Below, one piece after another: positions 1-8,603 of a stretch of 32,000 nt of DNA. A program made the translations under genes and the position numbers. Source of the DNA: Candidatus Saccharimonadota bacterium (GTDB taxonomy: Bacteria > Patescibacteriota > Microgenomatia > UBA1406 > GWC2-37-13). Position 1 is the first letter of the stretch, and every line of letters starts with the position of its first letter. Location: assembly GCA_016699265.1 (NCBI GenBank), contig CP064967.1, positions 660,001-692,000 on the forward strand. The letters are read 5' to 3'. The notes below the pieces were generated by a model, which saw only the letters and a program-made list of their open reading frames with translations, was not told the origin of the DNA and did not search any database.

Positions 1-446
1 GCAAAGTTAAAGCTCTTGAAGGCGAAGGTCATATAAAGCAGAATTCCTAGTATCGCAACCGATGCAGCGATTAAGGTTTTATTAATCGTTTCCTTGCCGA
101 GAGTCGCACCTACCGTCTCCGATCGAAGTACGGTGACCGAACTCTTTGATGCTTTTTTTACCTGCTCTAATACCACCTTTTCATCTGTGACGCTCAACGG
201 AGCGAAGCGCATCGATACTTTATTACCCGTCTGTTCTTGTGAGATTGTCTTAATCTTTTTAGTCTCGAGTAAGTCACTTAAAATCTTCATGTTAGTCTGA
301 GAGCCGGTTTGGTACTCAATTATTGTTCCCCCACTGAAGTCGATTGATGTTCGGTATCCATAGGTAAACATCGAGATCAGTCCCGATATAATCACAATCG
401 CTGAAATGCCAAAATAGATAAAACGAAACTTGAAAAAATTAATCAT
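1..446 (-). CDS. secF: SecF protein-export membrane protein, N-terminal part (gene continues past the left edge)
   Basis: Not in the ORF track because it is cut by the window edge. Reverse-strand translation from ATG 446..444 gives MINFFKFRFIYFGISAIVIISGLISMFTYGYRTSIDFSGGTIIEYQ...VGATLGKETINKTLIAASVAILGILLYMTFAFKSF. This shows the TM helix, IDFsGG motif and VGxxLG motif typical of SecF. Its ATG overlaps the secD TGA (ATGA at 443-446). Confidence 0.8.
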   Translation of the reverse strand, partial: MINFFKFRFIYFGISAIVIISGLISMFTYGYRTSIDFSGGTIIEYQTGSQTNMKILSDLLETKKIKTISQEQTGNKVSMRFAPLSVTDEKVVLEQVKKASKSSVTVLRSETVGATLGKETINKTLIAASVAILGILLYMTFAFKSFNF

Positions 447-1810
447 ACCTTTGGCTGCACCTGCGCTTTGTAAAAAATATTAATAAGTCTCTTCGTGATT
501 ACGACACCCGTAAACAAGCTCACTACCACACCAATGGCAAGAGTAAGAGCAAACCCTTTAATCAAGCCGAGCTGTGGGAAAAACTCCCAGTTGAGTGGAT
601 TGTATAAAATGAATGCCACGAGTAGTGTAGTAATGTTTGCATCTTTGATTGCATCAATAGCTCTTCCAAATCCAAGCTGTATCGAGGCGAAATGACTTCG
701 TCCCTTACGCTTTTCCTCCTTTATTCTTTCGAAGATGAGAATGTTTGAATCTACGGCCATACCGATTGAGAGTATAAATCCAGCAATGCCAGAAAGAGTC
801 AAGGTAACCGAGAAAAGTCTAAAAAACGCATATGATATGAGTCCATAAATAATAAGACCGGCACAAGCAATCAACCCGAGTCCCCCATAGTTAAGTATCA
901 TAAACAGCGCAACGGCCACCAACCCTATCCCTCCCGCAACTATACTTTTTTGAATCTCTTGGGCACCAAGTGATGGTCCAATGGTTCTCTGCTCGATTAG
1001 CTTAATTGGAACAGGCAACGCACCAGAGTTTATAGCCATCGCAAGTTGTCTCGTTTGATCAACATTATATTGGGTTGTGATAACCGCGTTTCCGTCAAGA
1101 ATCGGTTGCTGTACTGTTGGTGCTACAAGGACCTGATCGTCGAGAAAAATTCCAATTGGTTTACCAATATTTTTTGAGGTTAGATCGGCAAATATTTTCA
1201 CGCCTTTTGGAGAGAATGAAAGAGAGACCTGGGGTTTACCTGTATTTTGATCAAACGTAACCGTTGCCCTTTTAATATCCCCTCCCTTTAATTTAGACTC
1301 AGGGCTGAAATATATTCTACCTGCGGTTTCTGTTCCTGCATTTGGAATTTTTAGTTGAAGCTCTTCTCGAAAGTTAAGGTTTGCAGTTCGGCCAATGGTC
1401 GCCACAGCTTGAGCCGTATCCTTAATACCCGGAAGCTCGACGATAATTCGGTGTTTGTCTCCTGCCTTTATAGTTTGTACAAGCGGTTCAGATGCTCCAA
1501 AAAAATTAATTCTTCTTTCGATAATGTCTTTACTGGAGTTAAGGGCGTCCTGAATATCTGATGACAGTAATTTGGATGTGTCGGTTTCAAAAACAAGATG
1601 GCTTCCGCCTTTTAGATCAAGACCGTACTTGGTTGTAAAGTCCTTCTTGATCCTTAAACCGTAGATATTCGTATTTATAGATAATGGATTAATCGTGGTG
1701 TCTAGGGTTCTACTTCCAAGAGTAAGGTGAATGCGATAGTTCTCAGGGAGATCTATCCATACAAGAAGTATGAAAAGACAGGTTAGCGCGACATACCAAA
1801 GATATTTCAT
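443..1810 (-). CDS. secD: SecD protein-export membrane protein
   Basis: 455-aa ORF with an N-terminal TM helix, the motif LGLDLKGGSHLVFE, a periplasmic domain and a C-terminal six-TM block (GPSLGAQEIQKS...). It is translationally coupled to secF. Confidence 0.9.
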   Translation of the reverse strand: MKYLWYVALTCLFILLVWIDLPENYRIHLTLGSRTLDTTINPLSINTNIYGLRIKKDFTTKYGLDLKGGSHLVFETDTSKLLSSDIQDALNSSKDIIERRINFFGASEPLVQTIKAGDKHRIIVELPGIKDTAQAVATIGRTANLNFREELQLKIPNAGTETAGRIYFSPESKLKGGDIKRATVTFDQNTGKPQVSLSFSPKGVKIFADLTSKNIGKPIGIFLDDQVLVAPTVQQPILDGNAVITTQYNVDQTRQLAMAINSGALPVPIKLIEQRTIGPSLGAQEIQKSIVAGGIGLVAVALFMILNYGGLGLIACAGLIIYGLISYAFFRLFSVTLTLSGIAGFILSIGMAVDSNILIFERIKEEKRKGRSHFASIQLGFGRAIDAIKDANITTLLVAFILYNPLNWEFFPQLGLIKGFALTLAIGVVVSLFTGVVITKRLINIFYKAQVQPKV

Positions 1811-1819
1811 CTGTAAACG

Positions 1820-2395
1820 CTATTTTAACAGCTCATCCTCTGAGCCGACAAGCATTACTTTTGGCTGTCGAAGGAATCTCCATAAAAAAGGATCTGTATT
1901 TCTCTTACGAAATGTGAACTCATCCTCATTCATTACAGTAAAATTTATCTCTCTACCAAAGGTCTTTTCAGCCTCAGAAATTAGAAGCTCAATCTCCGGT
2001 ACTACAATCAATCCAACAAAAATAACATAAACCTCATCCTCCTTAATTGGGAGTCTCTTTGAGTATTTAAGCGAAAGCGCGATAAACTTAACGCGTCCTA
2101 GTTTAGGAAGTGTGTGCATAATTGCTTGAGCAAATGGATCGCTTTTTGTAAAGATGCGAAGGAACTCATCGTAGAACTCGTACTGCTTGTTTAAGGCGAA
2201 GAATACCTTGTTTAGTCTTTTTTCTTTTGTCACCAACTTTTCCTCTACAAGGATATCAAACTCACGTTTCACTGCGTTGACCTCCTCGTCGATCTCTCTT
2301 ACTACGCGACGAAGGTAGTAGTTTTCAGTTGGATTATGAAACAATAACTGAAGAACCTTTATTCGCGTCCGCGAAGGAATAATGTGTCTTAACAT
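1820..2395 (-). CDS. Winged-helix (ArsR-like) DNA-binding protein with an uncharacterised C-terminal domain
   Basis: 191-aa ORF. The N-terminus TRIKVLQLLFHNPTENYYLRRVVREIDEEVNAVKREFDILVEEKLV looks like a wHTH. It lies 9 nt upstream of secD on the same strand. Confidence 0.5.
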   Translation of the reverse strand: MLRHIIPSRTRIKVLQLLFHNPTENYYLRRVVREIDEEVNAVKREFDILVEEKLVTKEKRLNKVFFALNKQYEFYDEFLRIFTKSDPFAQAIMHTLPKLGRVKFIALSLKYSKRLPIKEDEVYVIFVGLIVVPEIELLISEAEKTFGREINFTVMNEDEFTFRKRNTDPFLWRFLRQPKVMLVGSEDELLK

Positions 2396-2405
2396 ACATA
2401 CTTAT

Positions 2406-2468
2406 CTAGTTATCAGCTATCAGCGGTCAGAAATCAGAAACTGAAGTCTGAAAACTGACGACTCGATT
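2406..2468. repeat. Nine-unit heptanucleotide tandem array (TCAG-type units then CTGA-type units)
   Basis: Units are ctagtta|tcagcta|tcagcgg|tcagaaa|tcagaaa|ctgaagt|ctgaaaa|ctgacga|ctcgatt. TCAG occurs at 2413, 2420, 2427 and 2434. CTGA occurs at 2441, 2448 and 2455, all exactly 7 nt apart. The array ends exactly at the stop codon of the upstream gene (2469). Confidence 0.8.
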
Positions 2469-3627
2469 TTAATACTTAACGACATTTCCGGTTGGAAGAA
2501 TCTCTACAAATACCTGACCTCTGACCAGCATTATCTCTACTCCTGAGTTATCATAAAATCTCATCATATCCTCCTCGGTTGGCTTCTTCCATGAGATCTT
2601 CGTTGCCTTACCGTTATTAAACATTGTTCCTGTACCACTACCAACAATGTCGTATAATAAGTGGCCACCTTCATAGCCATCATTTGCCGATCTCTCATCC
2701 GCAAACACAACAACTAAGTTCTTGGATTTGATTGCCTTATTTGTTATCTTATCAAGATGTGGCGTACCTCCATTTGATCTTGAGTAAGTATTTGTTACAG
2801 GATCATAACTCCATACTACTGAGTAGTTATCTGCATCAAACTTGGACCAGAAACCGAAGCTGATCTTACCAGCAGCTCCTCGATCTGAGGTCTTTGCCTC
2901 ATCGGCGAACTTCCAGGGTTTCCAACCCTTGTCCCACGCAACGCCATCATCATCCTTGGCTCCAAGCTTTCGATTCTTCTGAGCATACTCCCATAATTTC
3001 TGTGTTGATGAATACATTGTGTGTTCGGTAGCTCGGTCTGGTAATCGCTCATAGTCACGGTAATAATATGGGAACGGGACGGCAAACTGATTCAGGTCAT
3101 TGTACCCATCCCATCCAATGTCTCGAATCTCACCTAGTGCATCTGCTGGTCCTGCCGTGTTCGCGCCACCAACATGCGCATAAAGAGGTGTTTCCGTATC
3201 CTTGTAATAACTTAAGAAAGTAAATTCTTGCTGATCTAACTGGTCCAATTGGCTTAGCATCCTGACAGTAAAACATAGCTAAAAATCGGGTGATGCCACC
3301 TTCAGCAACTGCCTCGTACACAACGTCTGCTTTTGAGAGTCCTGACTGAGGTCTTGCCTCAATATGATTTTCGATAGCTACTCCCAAAGGCCTTCTTGAT
3401 TCCCAAAGCTGTTTTCTTGCCTTTGAGAAAAGCTCTCCGTTTAATGGACATTCCTCTGTCTTTGGAGCTGTATCAACAACCTCTTCTTCGCCAGCAGCAT
3501 TTTTTATCGTGGTAAGAGGAGCATTGCTTGAGTCCTTACCAAAACCACTTGAGAAATAAAAATACGAAATGGATCCGACAACTAAGAACATTATGATTGA
3601 TAGAAAAATACTGTGTTTTGTTGGCAT
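2469..3627 (-). pseudogene. DUF3048-family secreted/lipid-anchored protein, frame-disrupted as assembled
   Basis: Two overlapping ORFs (3130..3627 and 2469..3260) together rebuild one DUF3048-like protein. The first reads ...RPLGVAIENHIEARPQSGLSKADVVYEAVAEGGITRFLAMFY...GPVRSARIYFL. The second, in the +1 frame, continues SYYKDTETPLYAHVGGANTAGPADAL... The frame change maps near 3211-3222 (coding strand atttactttcttAagttattac). Confidence 0.7.
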
Positions 3628-3649
3628 ATGAAATTACATTATATACGAC

Positions 3650-4102
3650 TTATTTGAAACTTTGTTCAATAGCATGTTCTTCTTCTGGTGTTAACGGATA
3701 TTCCTTACCCTTTCCAAGATGAACATGCTTGCTGTAGACCCGAACTCCTTCATGAGTATATACGAAATTAATAACAACTCCACTGTTATGTCTATCTAAG
3801 AGCGATAAAACAAAACTTTGATCAGCGCCATTGGGTTTACCAAAAGGATTAAACCGAGTAATTCCAACTTTTTGCATGTGCGTGGATACATCCTTGTCCA
3901 GTTTTATCAGTGAGTCTTTGAGTAGTTTAGAATCGGTCATAAGAGACTCGTCGTGGGCAAGAAGTCGTTCAAGAACTTCGTCGATATGGTGATTTTTCGT
4001 GTCCTTAACAAGATGCTGATAGTGCTTTTTTGTCTTATATACAACTATAGTGAGTGTGGTGAGCCAACCAAAAAGAAGAGCGATTACGATATAAAAGAAC
4101 AT
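3650..4102 (-). CDS. DUF4446-family membrane-anchored protein
   Basis: 150 aa with an N-terminal TM helix. The C-terminal block VGITRFNPFGKPNGADQSFVLSLLDRHNSGVVINFVYTHEGVRVYSKHV...PLTPEEEHAI matches my recollection of the DUF4446 signature. Confidence 0.65.
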   Translation of the reverse strand: MFFYIVIALLFGWLTTLTIVVYKTKKHYQHLVKDTKNHHIDEVLERLLAHDESLMTDSKLLKDSLIKLDKDVSTHMQKVGITRFNPFGKPNGADQSFVLSLLDRHNSGVVINFVYTHEGVRVYSKHVHLGKGKEYPLTPEEEHAIEQSFK

Positions 4103-4110
4103 TGATTTAC

Positions 4111-4139
4111 ATTCTAAACACTTTACAAAATACTGTCAA
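4111..4139 (-). promoter_or_regulatory. Sigma70-type promoter for the DUF4446 gene (leaderless geometry)
   Basis: On the minus strand: TTGACA (4139..4134), a 17-nt spacer, TAGAAT (4116..4111), then 8 nt to ATG 4102. No Shine-Dalgarno sequence fits in between. Confidence 0.55.
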
Positions 4140-4150
4140 TATGTTAAAAC
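4122..4150 (+). promoter_or_regulatory. Divergent, interleaved promoter for the 4158 gene (leaderless geometry)
   Basis: TTTACA (4122-4127), a 17-nt spacer, TAAAAC (4145-4150), then 7 nt to ATG 4158. Confidence 0.45.
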
Positions 4151-4157
4151 CTTGTAC

Positions 4158-4388
4158 ATGCCGCAACGCACAAAAGAGCAGAAAATTCGTACCAAGCTCA
4201 AAAAAAATCGTATAAAAACATCCTATCAGGACGGTCCATCCCAAGAAGATGTCATTCTACACGCATACTTTCGAAAGGATATTACAAAAAGTCTTATAAT
4301 AATTCTAGCCATAATTGCGCTTGAATTCGTTCTTTATTATGGTACGATGAATAATCATCCTAGCCTCATATTGAAGCTAGGAAAATGA
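4158..4388 (+). CDS. Small basic protein with a C-terminal TM helix (hypothetical)
   Basis: The ORF track starts at TTG 4152, but the ATG at 4158 gives MPQRTKEQKIRTKLKK...SLIIILAIIALEFVLYY. It lies directly upstream of the DUF5679 ORF. Confidence 0.45.
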   Translation: MPQRTKEQKIRTKLKKNRIKTSYQDGPSQEDVILHAYFRKDITKSLIIILAIIALEFVLYYGTMNNHPSLILKLGK

Positions 4389-4410
4389 ATAAAGGAGGTG
4401 AAACTATAAT

Positions 4411-4557
4411 ATGACATCATCAATGTATTGCGTTAAGTGTAGAGCAAAGCGGGACTGTGAAGATCCTGAAAAAGTTACACTAAAAAACGGAAAACCAGCC
4501 CTCAAAGGTAAGTGTCCAGTTTGTGCAACAGGAATGTTCAAAATTGGAGCTGCTTAA
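4411..4557 (+). CDS. DUF5679-like zinc-ribbon protein (48 aa, below the ORF-track cutoff)
   Basis: The ORF reads MTSSMYCVKCRAKRDCEDPEKVTLKNGKPALKGKCPVCATGMFKIGAA, with CxxC...CxxC. A strong SD (AAAGGAGGTG, 4391-4400) sits about 10 nt upstream. Confidence 0.7.
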   Translation: MTSSMYCVKCRAKRDCEDPEKVTLKNGKPALKGKCPVCATGMFKIGAA

Positions 4558-5099
4558 CTTTTAGAATAAAGAGCAAACTCCTTTATGATTTCATAACGAA
4601 GTTTGTTATTCTCAATAACGCTGTTTAACAGCGTTATTTGAGTTATGCCAATCTCGAACTCCATTTTGTAACTTGCGCACTTCTTTTTTATCAGTAAATA
4701 CTGTTGTTTTGAAGGTATTTTGTAACGCGCAACCGGAAGGTGTGGGAAGAAAATCAGATTGTCCTCTATTTTAAATGACTGCTTGAGCTGCTTAACTAAA
4801 CGCTCCATAGGCTTACTTGTCTGGAATCCGACATAAAAGGTAATGTTGTTTCTCATCATCATATGAAGTAGCTCCGAGTAAAGGGTAAAGGCCGGCATAT
4901 CAAAAACACCTCGTTCTATCATCTCGCACAAGGGGTCGATCTTTGACTCTTCAACCTTACCGAAGTTAAAAAGTTCTATAGTATATTCCTCTGAGGGGAG
5001 CCATTGAAACACCTTGTACTCATCGTTCAAAGGACTGAGCTGTTCAAGGATAGCTTTCTTAGTTACATCTGGAATCTTAATCGCTAGTGATAGTTGCAT
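4554..5099 (-). CDS. 2H phosphoesterase (LigT / 2'-5' RNA ligase fold)-like protein with degenerate HxT motifs
   Basis: 181 aa. The ends resemble LigT (MQLSLAIKIP... and ...YEIIKEFAL). The second motif is FFPHLPVARY, where PHxTLaR is expected. The first motif position reads EEYTIELFNFG, where H-x-T-x is expected. Confidence 0.5.
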   Translation of the reverse strand: MQLSLAIKIPDVTKKAILEQLSPLNDEYKVFQWLPSEEYTIELFNFGKVEESKIDPLCEMIERGVFDMPAFTLYSELLHMMMRNNITFYVGFQTSKPMERLVKQLKQSFKIEDNLIFFPHLPVARYKIPSKQQYLLIKKKCASYKMEFEIGITQITLLNSVIENNKLRYEIIKEFALYSKS

Positions 5100-5556
5100 G
5101 TTTATGAATGAGTGTGGATGAAATGTTTGGAATTAACGGAACTACCTTAATCTTCGCACCTATCTCATTTGCGTGCTTGGTTTTATTTTCTAGCTGAGAG
5201 TCGCCATCGGTTAATGACATCACTGATGGTCGAACCTTCTGAACCATCTCAAAATACTGTTGAAAGCTCGTAAGTAAGGGAAGTATAACAACTAAGTCCA
5301 CACATTCCAACTCAGCAAGTAACATCGCCCTCTTTTGTATATCGTGATATGGTTCATGATGTTTAAATTTACGGATAAATTCATCCGGTTCAAGTGCCAC
5401 TATCAGGCTGTCGCCAAATGCCTTGGATTTTTTAAGGAAGTCTAGATGGCCAAAATGGAAAATATCAAAACATCCTCCAACAAGAACTCTGTTTTTCATA
5501 CCATCAATTAATGACAGAGAGAGATCGCTAAGCGAGATAATTTTGGAGTTATTCAT
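5077..5556 (-). CDS. Cytidylyltransferase-family nucleotidyltransferase (HxGH class)
   Basis: VLVGGCFDIFHFGHLDFLKKSKAFGDSLIVAL carries the (T/H)xGH nucleotidyltransferase signature. The track ORF begins at TTG 5571, but the ATG at 5556 (MNNSKII...) is the more likely start. Confidence 0.7.
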   Translation of the reverse strand: MNNSKIISLSDLSLSLIDGMKNRVLVGGCFDIFHFGHLDFLKKSKAFGDSLIVALEPDEFIRKFKHHEPYHDIQKRAMLLAELECVDLVVILPLLTSFQQYFEMVQKVRPSVMSLTDGDSQLENKTKHANEIGAKIKVVPLIPNISSTLIHKHATITSD

Positions 5557-5578
5557 CGCTTCATTATACAATAAAGAT

Positions 5579-7786
5579 ATGTTGCGTCATGTTTCTGAAA
5601 TTGTACGATCGGACGAACGTATTCTTATTGTCGGTAAGAAAGTTCCACAACTTATGAGCTTGTTAAGCGCTCGGCTCGAACAGTATGACGTTGCCATTCA
5701 GAAAGCTGATGCACTACCACCGTCCTACACCCGCTTCCAACGAATTTTTTTCCTTGCTTCAAAGCCGCCCTCGGATCTTTACATTCCATCTGCAATTAAA
5801 GTCATTGTTGTCCTCATTAAACCGCACGGTAAGGTCATTTCAATTCCTCCTACGAAAAAAAATATGAAGTTTATACTCATCTCTTCAGAGAATATCACCG
5901 ATGACGAACTCACTCAGCTATTATGGTTTTCCGTTTCAATGAGCTCTGAGACTACTCTTGATCTTCGAACTAAAAGACTCAGACTAAGAGAACACAGTGC
6001 TGTCAAATCTAAAACATCCAGCATCTTTCTGCGCCGACGAGTTTCAAGAGCCTTTATGCTGATTTTTATGGCTGTATGTTTCGGATACTTAGTTCCGCTT
6101 GTTCCGTCGACGCTCATGCATATTTCTATGCTTGATGCCTCGTTAAAAAATAACTATGTACAAGTGGCGCAACTTAGACCTATGAGTAGTTTTCTGACAA
6201 ATGCCTCTGCAATCCTTTTTATTCCGGCACGTCCACTTTATTCCTTGTTTTCAGTTTCACTTTTCCCCGAGTCATTCATTCAGCTAAATACCCATATCGA
6301 AAACTATCTAGAAGCAACTAGGAATCTTGCTCAAGCCGAACAAAGACTGCTACAGTCCTTCAATGCCTCTTCTTCCTCAAGTTTTCCAAACTATAAGCAA
6401 ATCCTAGCTCAAATTGATAAGGCAAACAATCAGACACATGACTATTTGGAGCGAATTATAACTAACCTCCCCAACCATCCTTCATTAGAATCACTTCACA
6501 CAGGTTTAAAAAATAAAGAGCTCGTCTCGGATAAGATAACAAAGGCTCTTCCCATCGCGACCTCCTTTACCAATAGTCCAGCCAACCAAATACTTATGCT
6601 TCTTGTTGTCAACAACGCAAGAGTACGCGGTTCAGGGGGCGTTATTGACAGTGTAGGTATTATAAAAATCCGCGACCATCGCATAATATCGTCACAGTTC
6701 TTCTCTGCAAAACAACTTGAGCCGAAAGACTTCAATCTGGAAACAGTAGCTCCAATTTTAGTCTCATATACTCCGGGAGAAATAAATATGCTAAATGATG
6801 CAACAACCTCTGTAGACCTGTACGATGCCCAGAATAAAATCGTAGAAAACATCTCGTCGATCTTACAAGGTGAAAGACCAACAACAACGCTTCTTATTAC
6901 CACAACTGCTCTCCAAAATATCCTATCCGTTTTTCCCGCCTTGCAACTTAATGACAATCGAGAGATCATCACGTCAGAAAATATTTCTATCAAACAGCAG
7001 CTCTATGGATCCGATCCTATTTTTTTCCCTGCAGTACTGGATAGAATATCCCAAACTCTTGGTACGGTTGATCCCAGTGCTTTTCTTTCAGCAATCATAA
7101 CCTCACTAAACGAGAAGCAACTCGCGATACTTTCGAGACAACCTGATATTCAAAAAATGCTTGATGGGTTGTACTGGTCAGGAAAAACTATCGCGCCAAA
7201 ATGTATATCATCTTCCAACTGTATAAACGACTATCTTTTCTCTGTTGATCAAGACTTATCATCCCGGAAAGGACCGGCATATATTCAAAAATCGGAGTCT
7301 AAATCGGTTAGATTCATCAACTCGACGACCCTCGAAAGCACAGTTCGTATATTATGGAAAAATGAGTCGCCACTATCTGCAACTCAGGGAGGAAACTATC
7401 AAATTTACACGCAGTTACTCTTACCACAAACGAGTAAAGTGACTCAAATAACCAAAAATAATGTTTTGGTCGAGGAGGTCGACACTTTAACAGGTCAGTA
7501 CAACATTCTAGGACTTTACCTTGAGGTTTCACCTCGGCAAGCAACCGAACTTTCGATTACATATACTATGCCTGCAAGACTCAGGGATAGTACCAACTAC
7601 CAGTTAATAACACAGAAGCAAATCGGTAGTTTCACAAGTAATTTTTCCTTTGATTTAATAGTCCCAGAGACCTATGAGCTAAACTCAAAAAACATAGACG
7701 CGGTTGTAAACAGTCAAAGAATTTCATATAATGACATCTTGAACACCGACAAACTTTTCTTTGTAGTGCTCAAAAAGAAAGATTAA
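5579..7786 (+). CDS. DUF4012-domain protein (large secreted/membrane-anchored)
   Basis: The motif LLVVNNARVRGSGGVIDSVGIIKIRDHRI matches my recollection of the DUF4012 core (NNaE/vR..GG.iG). The track ORF starts at 5423, but that extension overlaps the opposite-strand gene. ATG 5579 lies 6 nt after TACAAT (5567-5572). Confidence 0.65.
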   Translation: MLRHVSEIVRSDERILIVGKKVPQLMSLLSARLEQYDVAIQKADALPPSYTRFQRIFFLASKPPSDLYIPSAIKVIVVLIKPHGKVISIPPTKKNMKFILISSENITDDELTQLLWFSVSMSSETTLDLRTKRLRLREHSAVKSKTSSIFLRRRVSRAFMLIFMAVCFGYLVPLVPSTLMHISMLDASLKNNYVQVAQLRPMSSFLTNASAILFIPARPLYSLFSVSLFPESFIQLNTHIENYLEATRNLAQAEQRLLQSFNASSSSSFPNYKQILAQIDKANNQTHDYLERIITNLPNHPSLESLHTGLKNKELVSDKITKALPIATSFTNSPANQILMLLVVNNARVRGSGGVIDSVGIIKIRDHRIISSQFFSAKQLEPKDFNLETVAPILVSYTPGEINMLNDATTSVDLYDAQNKIVENISSILQGERPTTTLLITTTALQNILSVFPALQLNDNREIITSENISIKQQLYGSDPIFFPAVLDRISQTLGTVDPSAFLSAIITSLNEKQLAILSRQPDIQKMLDGLYWSGKTIAPKCISSSNCINDYLFSVDQDLSSRKGPAYIQKSESKSVRFINSTTLESTVRILWKNESPLSATQGGNYQIYTQLLLPQTSKVTQITKNNVLVEEVDTLTGQYNILGLYLEVSPRQATELSITYTMPARLRDSTNYQLITQKQIGSFTSNFSFDLIVPETYELNSKNIDAVVNSQRISYNDILNTDKLFFVVLKKKD

Positions 7787-7787
7787 T

Positions 7788-8522
7788 ATGAAAACCGACA
7801 AAATTCAAAAACTTCATCTTGCCGTCACTCCAAGAGAACAGTTTGGGAAAAATCTCAAAAAAATGAGACATCAGGGTTTTGTTCCTGCAAATGTTTTCGG
7901 ACCAGGATTTAAGTCAGTCTCAATTTCAACACAGGTCAAAGACTTTTCTAAAGCCTATAAAACCGCTCACGAAACAGGAGTCGTTTATCTGGACCTAAAC
8001 AAAGACGAGATTCCAACATTAATCGGCCAGGTTCAACGCCACCCAGTATCCAACGCAATAATCCATGTCGATTTTAGAAAAATCGATCTTAAACAAAAGA
8101 TAGAGACAACCGTGCCAGTCAAAACAGTTAACGACTCACCGGCAATTGCTCAGGGTGGAGTACTCTTGACCCAGTCTGACCATGTTTTAATCGAAGCCCT
8201 TCCTGAAGAAATCCCACAGGAAATCGAGATCGATCTTTCAAAATTATTGGAGATTGGTGCAGAGGTTCGCGTAAAGGATCTTCCAGCTTCATCTGGATAT
8301 GTCATTAAAGAAGACCCAGAAAAGATACTTCTCTCAATTATTGCTCATAAGGAAGAGAGCGTAACTCCAGAAACAACCGTCGCAACACCTGAGGTTCTCA
8401 CAGAGAAAGAGGGAGATTTAGCCGCAGAAGGTACAGCGACAGAGGGAGCGGCTCCAGTAGAGGACAAGAAAGCAGCGGAACTTAAAGAAAAAACCTCAGA
8501 GAAAAAAGAAAAAACTTCATAA
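7788..8522 (+). CDS. rplY: 50S ribosomal protein L25/Ctc form with an acidic, low-complexity tail
   Basis: LAVTPREQFGKNLKKMRHQGFVPANVFG...VQRHPVSNAIIHVDFRKI is the L25/Ctc signature. It starts 2 nt after the preceding stop codon. Confidence 0.9.
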   Translation: MKTDKIQKLHLAVTPREQFGKNLKKMRHQGFVPANVFGPGFKSVSISTQVKDFSKAYKTAHETGVVYLDLNKDEIPTLIGQVQRHPVSNAIIHVDFRKIDLKQKIETTVPVKTVNDSPAIAQGGVLLTQSDHVLIEALPEEIPQEIEIDLSKLLEIGAEVRVKDLPASSGYVIKEDPEKILLSIIAHKEESVTPETTVATPEVLTEKEGDLAAEGTATEGAAPVEDKKAAELKEKTSEKKEKTS

Positions 8523-8603
8523 CCTGAACTTTCCTACAACTTCTTACCGTAATTACCTTCAAAACCGATGGCTAAACGTACATCTCTATGATACAATTTA
8601 GCT

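Noticed and set aside
2406-2468. Possibility that the short tandem arrays (here and at 9780-9814) are CRISPR-like
   Set aside because: The units are 7 nt with no spacers and no cas genes, so they do not form a CRISPR array.
5423-5578. N-terminal 52-codon extension of the 787-aa DUF4012 ORF
   Set aside because: The extension lies entirely antisense to the cytidylyltransferase gene. ATG 5579 has a -10 hexamer 6 nt upstream and starts a sensible N-terminus.
6496-6993. 165-aa minus-strand ORF, and the other short ORFs nested in or antisense to long genes (e.g. 495-695, 1355-1561, 2816-3085, 8667-8924, 10615-10908, 12810-13142, 16549-16923, 18497-18769, 27284-27475, 29650-29865, 31528-31764)
   Set aside because: All lie inside or opposite well-supported genes, have low-complexity or stop-poor antisense composition, and show no recognisable motifs.
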